NCBI GenBank assembly: GCA_015680685.1
Contig: MNCI01000808.1
Coordinates: forward strand, 452,413 to 516,412
Length of the DNA: 64,000 bases
Origin: Gnetum montanum
Lineage: Eukaryota > Plantae > Gnetophyta
Direction of reading: 5' to 3'
Shown here: positions 1 to 14,500 of the stretch, piece after piece
How the letters are laid out: each line of letters begins with the position of its first letter
Numbering within the stretch: position 1 is the first letter of the stretch
The notes under the pieces: model-generated
Told to the model about the DNA's origin: nothing
The model's database searches: none
Seen by the model: the letters and a program-made list of their open reading frames with translations, nothing else
Program-made: the position numbers and the translations under genes

Positions 1-420
1 AAGCCTTTTTATAGGGTTCCAAGGTAGGTAGGGAAGTTACATATTTAAAAATATCTCACCTAACTTCTCTCCCAAGTAACTTGGCCAACCAATTAGGAGA
101 TTACTTGCCCAACAAGTTAGGAGGTTACTTGCCCAACAAGTTAGATAAGTTACAACAATTTTGGGTGGTTTCAACCACCAAAGAGATAAAAAAGCTACAA
201 CTAACAAGTGTCCTTTGTAGTGGCTACAAACATCAAGGATTAGGCTAGGAAGTTACAACTTCCACAGTTCCCATAGAGAACAAATTCATATTTACCAAAT
301 GTTCATAAATCCCTTCTTTTTAAAGCATAAACCCCCTCTTCTTATGTTTTAAAAAAAAATCTTACAAATTGAAATCGAGTAGAAGCTATGAGTTTTGCTT
401 TTTTTTAAAAAAAATCATTG
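1..420 (-). mobile_element. Possible LTR fragment related to the LTR of element B
   Basis: The first 14 nt (aagcctttttatag) are the reverse complement of the TATA region ctataaaaaggctt near 9958-9972. A 20-nt direct repeat ttacttgcccaacaagttag occurs at 101-120 and 125-144. Similar gaagtta..aactt motifs occur in 9700-9900. Confidence 0.3.
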
Positions 421-3400
421 CTAAGGCCACGTGACCTTAAGGTCATGCACATCCACGCTTGTGAGGTAGATCACTTCTTCTGGAATAAGAGCATGCAAAT
501 TAGGATGGCCTTGTTTCTTGTAATAATGAGTGTGAAAACTTGGAGATTTATTGAAAGAACCATAACCAGGACAATTCAATTTTGATGAAATAATTCTTGC
601 TTCTGCAACTGTGTAGTCTTCCTTGTCCTCCACCCTTTATTTTCCACTCGCGTGTAGTATCCCACGGCCAGATCTGCTAGATCTGAGCAACCCTCGACTA
701 GATCTAGACGTGGCCGAGGCCATGGCTCCATGCGCAACAGAGACCACTACCTATTTTTTTCTGCTACCGCTGTTCATCTACCTGCCATGGCCGCTGTCTC
801 ATCTGCTCGTCGCTCGCCATCTGTCTACCGTCGACGCGTAGCCCTCCCCTTCTGTTTCTACCTCCCGCGCTACTGCCCGCGACGGCGCATAGATAGACGC
901 GCTAGCCAACATCAACGGTGGAAAAAGGAAACTCTGCTCCAGCAGCAGCGGCACTCATGGTAGTAGTAGCAACGATCACAGGATGATCTTCAGCGTTGGT
1001 GCCCATCAGCAAGGGTTTTAAGGGTTTGCAGGCAGTGGATTTGCATTTCCCTGTAATTGTTATTGCATTGAACAAGGTGGCAGAGAGGGTTTCAAAAACT
1101 TCCGGTGAAAATATTTGAAGAGAGGAAGCCATCATATCTAGCTTCTCCACAGGCAATTTCAAAATGTTTCCTTCCACCCTCTCCTGAAGATAAATGTCTT
1201 TCAGCTGACAAAGCATATCTGGATTATTGCATTGCTCAATTAGTTTCTGAAATTACAAAATAGTTGTTATTCTGTTGAATTCACATCTTTTTTTTTGGCC
1301 ATCTCTAAAATCACGTCGTGCACACGAATTTCCCAGTCATCCTACGTATCCACCAGCACTCCTTTGCTGAACCCACCAAATCTTTGGCGGAATCTGAGAA
1401 CAGGGCTACATTCAGAATGTGGGCAAGCGATAGGCCTGCAATCAGAAAAAATTCTAGGAGGTAAAATGGGCATTTTCTGTAGCCATCCAGAGCACATTCG
1501 GACGACGATGATTGTAGGTATAATTTTGCTGTTGTGTATGCCTTCCACAGACCCATGCCCAGGAACACGCCTATGCCTGTAACAAATTCTTTTTCTTCTT
1601 CTTGTTAATTAAGTAGAACTGCTGCATCTTGTTCTTGGATAATAACCCTGGTTCAGAATCTGATTGTGCCCCCAAAATAATTCAACAGCTACAGCATGCA
1701 AAATGGATGATGCCGATAATGTTGATACCGCCATTAAATTGCTACCCATGAAAAGGAGCAATTGCTAGTCATGCCTTTGCAAAAAATAACAAAGGCAGGT
1801 GCAGGCTTAGGGTCAGACTCAGGCTCTGTGTTTGTGGGTAGGTATGGATGTGGGTGAAACTGAACAATTAAACTTTGATATGTTATTAGGTGGATACATA
1901 CCTTACCGGATGAGCCAACAAACTTTAAACTCATGACTTGACTTTTGTAATTTATTGAAAATGAAGCAAGAGGCTAACCAAAATCGAACCCATGAGTTTT
2001 AGTTTTCAAATCAAGAGTCTCACTGTTCCATGGAATGGCCAAATGTGCCAACACCTTGTAGATCTAAAAAAAATGGTAGTAATAGTACAATAAGTATATC
2101 CTTACCATGTCACTAGAAAGACATGTTATCCATGCTTGAAGGTAGTTCTTTAGTAACATCAACATAGTCAAAAATAAAATCCATGCATAGAATAAATTTC
2201 TGGGGGTCCCATTGGAAAGACATGTTACCCATGCCTAAAGGTAGGCATCTTCTTAGGAATCTTAAAAATAATAAAAACTGCAATGAATAAACTCCTCCCT
2301 TGTACAATACACCAAGTGTTAATACTTCTTGTAATAGTGATAGTCTTATGGTTGTAATTCTTAGAGATGAAACAATGTGATGTTACTAGAAAGTGGTTTG
2401 GACTTGGTTCAAATCTTGGAAAGAAGGACTAATGATTACCTTAACCACAGATCACACACAGAGATTCATTATGCCCATGGTAAGATACCTCATGTCCTAC
2501 TTTCAGTAATCCCTTCTACATTCCATCTCACCCTACTATGTATTTAATCATAACTTGAGGTTTTGTGTAATATAGTGTTATTTTCCCAATCTGGTGATAC
2601 TAACATGTGTGTTTTGCTAGACAAGTATGACTTACATTCAGCTCCTTGAGTGCCTAAGGACACTTTTAGGCATATTTATATAAGGGCACTATGGGCTGGA
2701 GCCTACTTTGGGGAGGATCCACTTGTATAACTCTTGTATTTCGTACTTGGCAAGTAATTCCACATCATCTTGTACCTTCAAAAATAATTTAGACTTAATA
2801 AGTGCTTTCCATAACATCTAATAATTTGTCCATACATCAGCAATTCATTACCCATCTCTTATCCATTCAATAAACTTTTTTTGCCCGAGATTCCTTTCTT
2901 ATGAACTTTGAATGCCAAATTCTTGAAAATTATGCATCATTAATAACCCAAGACCCTATAGACAAGCTTCAAATCTTCCAAACACTCCATTTGACTTATT
3001 TTTTTTTCCAAAAAATCAATGAAAAATTTGAAATTTGTAATAGTCATGTCATAGCTATGATGTCATAGGGACCTACGATGTCATATATACGGCGTATTAT
3101 CTACAATGTCGTCCATATAAAAATAGTATATATACACATGGGAGTTAGTGAAATTTTTCACTTCTTCATTTTGCAACAAGAGAGTTTTTACAATTTTTTT
3201 CTCAGAGCTCTTGCACACTAGTTTCCAAAGGCCATTACTTTGTTCTCAAAGCTCCAACTTTTAAAATTCTTGAACCCTATTGATCCTGGAGCACTCAACT
3301 TAGTCATGGGAAGTGGGGTGCATTGTGTGATTCAACTAAAAATTTGAGCCAAAATTTTCTAATGCTTGAAAGATACCATAAAGGGTAAGTATAAGGAAAT

Positions 3401-3693
3401 AACAAAATCCTTATAGTTAATCAATCAAAATTAGGCCAAAAAAACTTAGTTAATACTCCTAATGGACAATACCAACCATTTTGAGCAATAATAAGTAACA
3501 AAATGATAACTATGGAAGGTCATAAGTAACTAATGATATAACACCTAATGGGATTCTTTTTGAAAATGTTTCTAAATCTACAATCATGATAAGATAAGAA
3601 TGTGATCTAACCAATGGTATGAGTAAAGTATAGAAGTATTAAGAACTAATGTAAACCCTTGTTGATTGCAAATGATCACAAAGAAACAAACAA

Positions 3694-6439
3694 ATGTCAG
3701 ACCTTCCCAACACAGGAGAAAAAGGGCAAGAGGCCATCATAGTGGCCAATTGGGAGAACAAACTCCCTAAGCATAACCTGTAGAGTAAGAAGCTCAATCA
3801 TAAAGAATTCATCAAAAAAATATTTCCATAGAGAACTTAGCCCAAGGAGAGGTAGAAGTTCCACCAATACCTAAAAAAGGACATCACCTCACACTATCAT
3901 TGGAATGCCTCTAGGACATACAAGAAAAGTCTATCATATCCATAGCTATTGTTGAACTAAAATTTGGTTTCTCCATGGAATTTACTCAAAAAGAAGTGAA
4001 GATGCATCTCCAAGAATCTCCTCTATGGCCCACACTAACCAACAATGTTGAATGGTACTTAGGAGAAACATACTAGTTTTGGTAGAATAAGTAGGTTAAT
4101 GCCATAGTCACGATTGAAGGATTCTTGTCTCTTATTCAATGGAGGAAATAACCAAGGTCTTTAACATCCAAAATGAAGGAGAAAATGTGACACAAATCTC
4201 AACAAGATTTGATGCTAATGAAAAAAGGTTGTGATTACAAAGAGCATATTTTAAGGAAGATAAAGATTATAGAAAGCTCATAGGTGAAGAAAAGATATAC
4301 TTTAAAATTGACACCTGCCACTTATTTTCAACAAAGAGGCTTAATAGCATATCCACATATGTGGCTAGAGGAAGTACCATTTTGATGGAAAAATTTAATA
4401 CTAATATCACCTATCTATTCTTCCTTGAGATTCACATGTAGTTTGAGAAAAAGAAGGTAGAGAATCTAACACTTCCATTTCCTAGCCTTATCAAGAGGCT
4501 GTGTAACATCCTAGGGTACACCAATTACGTCCCTTGGAAGGCCCAAAGTGGTTATGTAGAAATGCTCAAGCCAATGTAACTAAATAAGGATCAGGTAGAA
4601 AAATCAACAAGCACTAAGGGAAATACAAGTACCACTCTTATTGGTAGCATTTGTTCTATTGGTAAGTAAATAAGCAAGACCTAGTAGTCAATCACAAGTC
4701 AAACAATCACAACAATAGTAACAAGAAAAAATAGTTCCACCATCACTACAAGACTATAGACCATTCATGAGCCATATATAGAAGATTGTAGAAAAACTCA
4801 ATTGGGGAACAAGGAAGGAAGCCAATCTGTATTAAGTGAGAGAGAGCTTTGTAAGACCCACCATATTTACAGATCTAGCCAATGGGCAAGTATCACTACA
4901 AATAGGAGGAGAGGATGACTGGGCATAACAGATCCCAAGGAATACTACATCATTCCATGTTAGGCTAGAATTTGGTGAAGGAGCCATAGTTATGGTTATG
5001 TAGCACCAAGATGTAGTAGGAGTAGCTTAAGTTATAAAAAATCACATTAAAGAATCATTTAATATCCCTATTGTGCTATTGATTGATATTTTTAGATCAA
5101 TAGATGCTCAAATGCTTGTTGATGTCTTAATGAATCCTATAGAGCATGAAGACATATTGGATAAAATACTGTAGATAGGATAAGTCATGTAGAATATTTT
5201 CGATATCCCCAGTGATATCACTATAGTTTAGTTTGATTTGATCATCACAAAAGGAAAGTTGATCATGGCTGAAACTAGGGCTAAGCATTTAGAGAATGAA
5301 AGTAGGAGGAGCTAGCCATCTTGAGAGTTGAAAGAAGAGATCCAACAAAATTCATAGTGATAGACCAATTTTGGTTCAAAATTGACCATGTGAAGTACCT
5401 AATTAATCACAATATGAAGATGGAGAAAGAGAAGGAGAAGGCAACATGGGATGCATTAGTGGTAGACACTCAAACATACATACATGCTAAAGCTCTCACA
5501 ACCTTATAGGAAGAAAATAAGCAATTAGCTACTGATAATGCTTAATTGAAAAATATGGAGAAGTAGAATAATGTTCTTGAGGAAGGAATCCAACAACTCT
5601 AGGAACAAATTATGAGAGTAAACCAGGATATGAGTCTCTTGGTCCATTAAAATAGAACCCTATCAATGGAAGAAGTCTATGTCATTCACCAGAAATCTGC
5701 AATTGAAATCAATGCATCGTAGGACAAGGCTAAGAAACATGAAAGATTATAAGATCATTTTAGGGGTAAGATGGACATGTATAAAAAAATAAATGAGAAA
5801 GAGATCTAGATGAAGAAGGCTAAAATCAATTCCATCTCTATATAAGACCTATATTGGTATCCAATTCTAGACAGTCTTGCTCATATCCACTAGGTAGAGA
5901 TGAAGAATAAAAACTTGCAAATTGAAAATTTAATAGAGTGCATGGGATTAGAAAACCTACATTATTCTAATCTAGCCATGCTAACAATAGGTAGGCCTAG
6001 GACTGAACAACATGTAGCAATAGTCTATGCAATGTACAAGAAGGAACTTGCAAAGAGAAAAGATTCCCTATAAAAGTTACATATTGTAAATTCTAAACTC
6101 GAGATTGTCAAAGCTAACTACTAGGTCTAGAAGGATGTAGCAACTAACCTAGCACATTGAGTGTTAGACTATCAAGAGTTAAGAAAGATAGCTAGATATT
6201 TTAAGGAAGAGAGGTAGTAGTTTGCAACTTGGTACATGAAGGCCAACCAAATCTTTTCATAGTTACCATGCCCATGGGATGTACTCACTCCATCACACAT
6301 CGCTCAACAAGAGAGGATGGTACATGACCCAAGGATAGAGGAAGAAAGACTTTAGTCACTCCTCAATAGATACCAATTCAAAAAACATGATGACAATGGG
6401 AAGTAGTCGATGGAAGAGCCATCATCATTGGGAACATGA
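3694..6439 (+). pseudogene. Degraded Athila env-like extra ORF with coiled-coil C-terminal half
   Basis: Many stops and frameshifts. LTLPFPSLIKRLCNILG (~4465-4515) resembles the L.FPSLIT.LC motif of Athila env-like ORFs. E/K/L-rich heptad-like fragments at 5270-6400. Confidence 0.5.
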
Positions 6440-6633
6440 GCTATATCAAGCTACTTGAAATTTTGTTTTGTTCTATTTTGTATTATTTCATTTTTTCATA
6501 TAATTGTGTCATTCTAAGTCATGTAAATAGTTAGTAAGTCATGTATTGTTAAATCTACCTCCCAATTTTATAAGGGACTCTATCCTCATTTTGTTTTAAC
6601 TCATAGATGGGTTTCCAATTAGTTGTGAAGGCA

Positions 6634-7520
6634 TGATAAAGTTCATTTTTGAGGTGATGTGATATCATATCTATGATATCATAGTAATGATGTCATGGAT
6701 ATGATGTCATGGTGCATGCTACATCATTATTGATGTGATGTCTTAGGATGCATGTAGTCCTATAAATACAACACTTGCATTCATAATCTGATAGCTTTTC
6801 TTTCAACCCTTACCTAGATCCTTATAGTTTATTTTTGTAGACTTAACAATAGAGTGAATGCCCATAGTGTGATGTTTGATAGTTGAATGGTATCTTTCTT
6901 CGAGTGGATAGTACTTGGACATAGTTCATGATAGCAATAAAGATTAAGAATTTTTTTTCATCATTGCGGCTTTCTTTTAGTTTTCTATTTGTTCACTTAG
7001 CATAATATTTACTATTTTCCTAGCTTAATCATTTATATTTCTAAAGTAGTTTACTTTACATGTTATTAGTTAGTGGTATAGATACGATTGGTTTTGAGTG
7101 CTAAATATAGTTATCTAGTAACCCAGTACTGGAGTTTCTTAATTTACCCAATAGTAGTTCCACTTAGTAATCCCAATGATAGCTACACAAGTCTATGGTT
7201 TGAATGGTAGATCAGGACTAGATGTCCATCACATTAGGCTAAGATAGGTTAATGTTTTCTTAGTTAACTAGACTTAGAATTTATTCAATCATGTCTACTT
7301 TAAGAGTAATTAAGAACCTACAACATTAACTAAACATATTCCTTACTAAGAGCTAAACCATACACTTGCACTTCACTAGCTCAAAGTGGGAAGATAGCGA
7401 TCTTGAACTTAACCTCAATTACTAGCATAATAACATTGTCCATTCATAGATTATGATCTAGTCACATACTCAAACTCATGACGTGTATGGTAGAGTGTTA
7501 GAATACTTCACCGCTCATCA
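6634..7520 (+). repeat. 3' LTR of element A (~887 bp)
   Basis: Starts TGATA after aactcatagatgggtttccaattagttgtgaaggca (cf. aactcgaggacgagttttcattcagtcatggaggta before E's 3' LTR). Ends gagtgttagaatacttcaccgctcatca (cf. gagtgtaggggtacctcaccactcatca in E). TATA box ctataaata at ~6760. Confidence 0.7.
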
Positions 7521-10500
7521 ATAAGGCTTTGAAAAATCTTCTTAGCATCTTCTTTTCTACTAGATGCTCTCAATTAGTTTTTACTTCACTTAACCCATTA
7601 CACCAGAAATCCTTCTATGAACTTAGATTAGACTTATCAAAGATCATAACCAATTTATAAAGGGAAGACTAGAAGGAATAGAGCTAAAATTGGTTTCAAA
7701 ATGAAGGAAAAAGGATGGAAAACTTCTTTTAAAAAAAGCAATGGAACATAGTTTCATAAAAACCATGTACAAACACAAAACATTGGATGAAAGAAAAGTG
7801 GTGAAAAAAGGATACATAAAATACATATGTTAATTTTATAACATATAACATAAATAACCCTTAAACATCATTCACTTGAACATGATTTTCAACTACCTTC
7901 AAATTAAAATAAAATATGATGTTTACCTTTTAAAAATAACAAATTTCACATTTTCATTTCTCTTTTTTAACTTCCTACTAATATATGCTTCAATCAAATA
8001 ATGATAACCATCACATATGAACTCTAAATTAAATTCTATTTGAACATACAAGATCATTTTTATCGTCAGATTTATACCATTTGATGGAGTAGATTTTATA
8101 AGATAATGTTGAGACCTAAATTGCCCAATTTAACTTTTTCATATTGATTGGAAGATAAGAATTAGATTATTTATTTTAAAGGAAAATAGTGAGAAGCATG
8201 ATTAAGAAAGGTGTTGAAGGAAAATAATTGAAAAGTGCTCTCTATGTTCAAGGTGTGCACATTTTGGGTTTGAGTTCATAATTCCAAAACAAAAAACCAA
8301 AGGCATGGAATTACTAAAAGCTTAGTAAGATGTTTTTGCCCAAAGAATGAAAAATTTGTGGTTTTCCTATATAAAAATATATATAATAGTGGAGGTGAAA
8401 TTTGGGAATTAATTTATGAATTTCAAGATAGTGCTCTTGCAACCATATCACCATTGATTCCTACATTGCATCAGTTTATTAGTTTTAGATTTAGTGGTAA
8501 ATTGGATGTTTCACATAATTACGATGATAAAAAATAAAATAGATAAATTTTTGCATCCATTTTCTATAAAAAATATGCAAGAATTTCATAGGAAAATTGA
8601 CAAGTAACTACATCATGTAAAGATCCATTGTTATGTTGTGTGGCTATTACAACTCATAATTCCGTATTCAATCAACAGTGGCCTCCAAACAATGGAAAAA
8701 TAATTTTTAGTTGCAGAGTTGAAGATCCTAAAAAAAATAAAGAGGAAAAAATCTAGTTCAAAGGCTCAAGTAACATTTGATGAATTTTTCTAGATCAAGA
8801 CCATAATTTCAACATAAAGTTTATAGGATTCACAAGATTCTTATTAAATGGTGGTTGAAACATTTAGCAAAATTGTCTGAAAACTTCATTATTATTCCAA
8901 AACGAAAAAAGCATGGCCATATGAAATGCAGTAGAAAATAAAAGCATGGAATAAAATTTCAAAACTTTTAGAAGAGAAAAGGTCCTATAACTCATGAAAG
9001 AAGAAGATGTAAACGAAATTGGAATTTTAGAGTAAAAACGAACACGCCAAACCTACAACTATTTCAGGCATTAGAAATTTAGCTTCACATTGAAAATTAA
9101 AAGAATCCCTAAAGTACTAGCTATCATTATATTAAAAAATGAATGTTCAAGACCCTAAAGCAAAGGGTATCCATCACAGAAAATTTCTCCACAACAGCAC
9201 CACAAGTTTTAATGGTAGTTCCTCTTTAACTTCAACTACTTGTTTCACAATACAAAGGGTCACATGGCCACAAGGTATCAGTGTGGTGGGAACTAGAGGA
9301 GGGCCTAAATTAGTAATTTCTTATTCAATGTTGTCAATGGCCATCTTGGAGTAGCACCAAGAAAAATAATGAATGCAAAGACCAAGGACAATGCTAAAGA
9401 GAGTGCCATGATTGCAAAACCTCCCATGCAGGATTTGAAAGTGAAAGAATGGGATGCAAGACATGCAAGAATCATGATTGAATAAGGTGACACAAAAGTA
9501 GGAATGACAACCAAAAAGCCTACACAGCTGCATAAAGGCACATCAAATGTAAACTCATGTATATTAACACCACATGCATTAATAACAATTTTATTTTTCA
9601 AAAAAAAAATTAGTACAAGAAAAAACTTTTAGTTTATTGGAATTATAACTAGTAATTTTAAAATGGAAGGTTTACTATTTAAAAAAGGAGGAATTTATAA
9701 TCATTTTATAAATATAAATTTAGTATCTATGGGAATTAAAATTTTCCATAGAAGTTATAACTTGCTATGAAGGTTAGAAATTGATCTCCTTGATATTTCT
9801 AAGACTATAATTACCAAGAAGATACTTTCCAACTATGGATTGATTTTCTCATAACTCCCTATAGAAATTATAACTTCTAAAGGTAGTTATGAATAAATTC
9901 CCTAGATATTTGATATTCACCTTAACCTTTAATGATGATTGTAACTACCATGAAGCCACTATAAAAAGGCTTTAGAGGTAGAATGAGAAGGCGAGGGGCG
10001 GGGGGATGGGGGTGTGGGGAAGAAGATACTTAGAAAGATATTGAAGATTGTAAAAAGCATGGATTTCTAAAGATATTAATTTAGCTAATTGTTTTTAATT
10101 CTATGAGTTCTTTTCTTCCCATTTTTGTTAGTTATTTAGCTAATGTCTAGATCGTAATGTGCTTGCCATTAAATTTTGGGATTTTCTAGATTGTTCTTGT
10201 AGCTCCATTTTGTGCCATATTAGAATTTTATTAAGGTCTTCCATATAAGAGCTTATGTTATCTTAGAAAAGAATCTTGAATAATTTAATAGCAATCTCTT
10301 ATTGAAATTGCCTATTTGAGTTTAGAGGATCTAGAAAGTCTTTGATACTTTGGCTTGTTTGAAATAGCTTCATTTTTCTCAAGTTTATTGCCTTGGAATT
10401 CTAATTTTAAAATTATCAAATTTTTTCTACTAGTTCTAGTGTTTGCAATTATTCAAAACTATTAACTAGCTAAAAAGAATATTGTACTAGTGGTTTACGA

Positions 10501-11152
10501 AGTGTTTTGGTAGTGAATAAGATTATCTTTTACAAATTGCGTGTTAAGCTCAGAAGGTTTGGGTAATTTGTAATACATAGATTGAGTTGGAATAGATTTA
10601 TTGCAATGTGTTTCATCATGTTCAATTTATCTTGCCTAAATATTTTAGATTTATTCAAGTCTACTTTATTTTCTTTTCTCTTTTTAAAACCCATTGAATC
10701 TTGCTCTATTTGTAGTTTTCTTGTGAAATTTTCTCTCTAGGTGAAACTAGGAGTAGATTGGCAAAATTGTGCTCAACCATTTTTGTGAAATTGTATGTCT
10801 TTCAAGTAGCATAATATAGGGACTATATAGACTAAGTGATTTGATGAAATAGGAATCTTTAATAACTCATAAGATTTGACAAAGTTATTCAAATTTTTTT
10901 TATGATAGCCATTTATAGTTTCATACATGAACCCAAGCATTTCAACATTTACAAAAATAAACACATACTAAAAATTAGTTCATTTCATAACCATTGAGTT
11001 TATTTCAAGGTATTTGGGCCTTCATGTTGCCAGAAGACTAGCAAGCACCTAAACCTTGTTTTAAGGAACACCTTTTTTCCCCATGATTCCAAAGCCATGA
11101 GACTTGGAGGCCCTCAATGTTGGTGGTCACAAACAGTCGTCAACAATTTTTT

Positions 11153-11167
11153 TAGCACTAAAAGTAG
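11153..11167 (+). promoter_or_regulatory. Degenerate PBS (tRNA-Asn type) of element B
   Basis: tagcactaaagtagg-like sequence vs consensus TGGCGCTAGAAGGAGG, located just after the LTR-terminal CA and a T run. Confidence 0.5.
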
Positions 11168-11599
11168 GCTATAATATTTAATACCTAAGTTAATTACGTT
11201 CAAAAAGATCAATAGTCCTAGCATAACAACAATTCTTTTTGTTGCTAGGAGGGCTTGAAAGATAATTAGTTTTTATTTTGAGTTAATGACCAAATAAACT
11301 AGAACTTAGAAGATTTCGAAAGTCGTAAAGAATTTTCTAATTATAAGATTGCTTATTCATCAGAAAAAAAATAGAAAAATATTCTTGAGTTTAGGACAAG
11401 TAGTGGAGTAAAGACTAGAAGGGTAAGAAGATCACCCCTTTTGTCTAGTTTATCAGTCTATAAGAGATTATCAAAGAAACATAAATGTTCAACAATCAAA
11501 AGGAATTCTAATAGGATGGTAAATCCTTGGCAAAGAGTTACATGATTAGGATTTCAAAACTACAACTAAGCTTTTTATTTTTGGAAAAGCTTATTTTTC

Positions 11600-14500
11600 T
11601 AAAGAATACATTCACCTATTTGAGTTAGCTTTAGCTCATGCAAATATTGGACACCATGATGAAGCTTGTAGGGTTTTTGTAGCAAATTTAAAATATATGG
11701 CTGAAATTTGGTATTTAAACATTCCAAGAAATAGTATTTTAAGTTGGGATGATATGAAAAGTATTTTCTTGGCCTAATTTGGCATTCAATTAGATCAACA
11801 ACAACTAGACTATGGGCTAGTACAAGCTAAGCAAGGAGTTAAAGAATCAATTGGGGATTTCAACATTAAATGTCAAATAATTTGTGTGCTTTTTCAAAGA
11901 TATTATAGACCATTAGAAAAAATGCTTAGAGATAATTATTTTAAGGCTGTAAATCCCAATATTTCAATCTAGTTAAGGAAAACTCCAAACTTGCTAACAC
12001 TCAATGATTACTTTAGTGAAGCTATAGAGTAAGAAAAATAGTTGAACTTAAACCATGAAGAAATTATCACAACTCAAAAAAGAGAAGAGAAATTGATGAT
12101 TCTTGTGCAAGATTTTTCTCTACTTAAATCATTACCAGGGCCATCTAGTATTAAGACAAAGGAAAGGTTCGAAAATAGAGAATTTGATAAGGGAAAATTA
12201 ATGAAAGATTTCTCCAACAAGGAAGTGAAATTAGGAAAAGATTTGGTGAAAGTTAAACTTAAGGAAGAAGAGAAATATAGGAATTATAAGCATTAAGATA
12301 CTAAGTTAGTAGAAGATGAGGATGAAAATGATCTTACTATGTCTACCTTCCTTGATATTAAATCAAATAATGAGGTATCTAGTGTTCGTTATGCAAGAAA
12401 ATTTTATAGCAATGGATCTAGCAATACCTTTTCTCTATCAACTTCAAGAGGGGATATATCTCCAAATGAAGAATGTAATAACAATGAAGAAAATGGATAT
12501 AATCTAGAATCAAAAGAAAGCTTAACTACCTCTAGGCCTCCAAACAACATTTTTGATCCATCTACTAAGAAAAAAGTTTTTGAACCAAGTAGAAAAGAGA
12601 AAAATAAAAATAAAGAAGGTCAACTAGAGAAAAGTACTCAAAATCAAACTCTTAATAAATGGATAAAGAAACTAGGTTTTTATGGAGTGGAGAATATGAT
12701 CTAGTTGAGGATCTTAAACATGCCAAGGCCAACATGAGCATTTATTAGTTGTTACAAATAGGAGTTTAATAAAGAAAAGCTTTAGAGTTTATTAAGGGTA
12801 AAAGGAGAGTTGGAGAATCAAAGTTAAGCTATGTATCCAACATTGATAAGATAACAAAAATAGCTATCAATGTACTCTTGATAAAGAAGCATCTCCTTTT
12901 CTTTTGAAAATAAAACTAAAGGATAAATATATTCACAATTTATTGGTTGATTCTAGAGCTACATCTACCATCATGCTATTGTCTATATGCAAAAAGCTTG
13001 GTTTGATTTCTAAATAATCTAATAAGAAGATTATTCAAGTAGACAAAAGTAGAGTGAAGATTGCCGGTCAACTACCAAATTTTCTATTGGAAATTGCTTC
13101 TGAACCTCATATAAAAAGTAAAGTGACTATTCAAGTTGCAAATATACCAGATTCACATAGTCTTTTATTAAGAAGAAGTTGAAGTAAGAATTTCTTAGGT
13201 TACATTTCAACAGATTATTCTTATATGTGGCTACCCTGGAAAGGGAAACTAAATTAAATATATATATATATATATAGTAAACCTTAGATGATGGAAAACA
13301 TAAAGTTATTGTAATAATAGTTTTTGAATCCAAAATTTACACACTTCAAGATGTTTGTAACTTGGAAAAAGAAAAAGTTCAAGACAAGAGCAAATGGGAA
13401 TTATATTTTGATGGGCCTTGTAACTCCAAAGGTGTAGGAGTTGTAGTAGTTCTAGTAAAAGAAAATTTTCCAATAATATTAAAGGAAATTTATTTATCTT
13501 TTCCTTGGATGAATAAAAGGGATGAATATGAAGCTTTAAGTACTGGAATTAAAATGACACTAGAAATGGGAATATAGGTAATCACCATAAGATTGATTTG
13601 TGAACAAGTCAAGGAAAATTGTGATGTCAAAAGCTCATTCTTATGATCTTATAAATAGATTCTCTACAAAATTTTGGGTTAGTTTCATTATTATAAAATA
13701 GAACATATAGGTAGAAAGGATAATTATATAGTAGATAATTTAGCTAAGGTAGCTTCAACATTATATGAGAAAAGGATAGAAAGTTATGAAGGAGTAGTAA
13801 CTGAAAGTGAAAATCAACCAACAATACTAGATAACATAAAACATTTTCAAGTATTTGAAGATGATGATCAAGTACTCAAATTTATGAAGAATAAGCAAGA
13901 ATTCGAAAGTCAAATCAAACCAGAGACAACATCAAGTTCTAAGTATAATTTGATTTCTAAAAAGGTGATTAATTATGAACATGAGTCTAGTAAAAATTAG
14001 TTTATAGGGAAAAATATACAAACTTCTCATGGTCAAGCTTATGAAACAGTGAATCTTGGATCTATCAAGATATTGAAGATATTAAATGTCATAAAAGAAG
14101 ATAACTTAGTTTTTAGGATAAATTGGTTGTTACTGTTAAAGAATAATGTAGAGAATTTTGCTTGGTCTTATGATGATCTTAAAGCTTTTAGACCTCATGT
14201 GATGACACATAAAATTCCCTTAACAAATGGTGGTAAGACAGTCAAGCAAAGGCAAAGGAAATTTAATCCATCATTTGAACTAGTTATGGAAGCTGAGATT
14301 AAAAAGTTATTGCAAGCTCAAATCATATAACTAGTTCAATATTCTACATGGCTTGTTAATCTCATCCTAGTAAGAAAGAAGAATGGTGATAAGTATCTGC
14401 TCCCTAGAGCTGATAAAATGTTGATCAAAGTATCAGGATGTCAAGTATACTCTTTCTGGGATAAATTTTAAGGCTATAATTAGATTATGGTGGATAAGGC

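Larger units (their letters stand above)
2400..7520 (+). mobile_element. Element A: 3' remnant of an Athila-like Ty3/gypsy element (3' internal region, env-like ORF, 3' LTR); 5' boundary approximate
   Basis: Shares a ~41-nt internal motif (2683-2723) with element E (53083-53123). Has a tagtcatggg PPT-like site at 3301. The PPT/LTR junction and LTR end align with those of E. Confidence 0.65.

Noticed and set aside
7521-9300. AT-rich stretch with short ORFs
   Set aside because: No recognisable motifs or termini; probably old repeat debris and not assignable.
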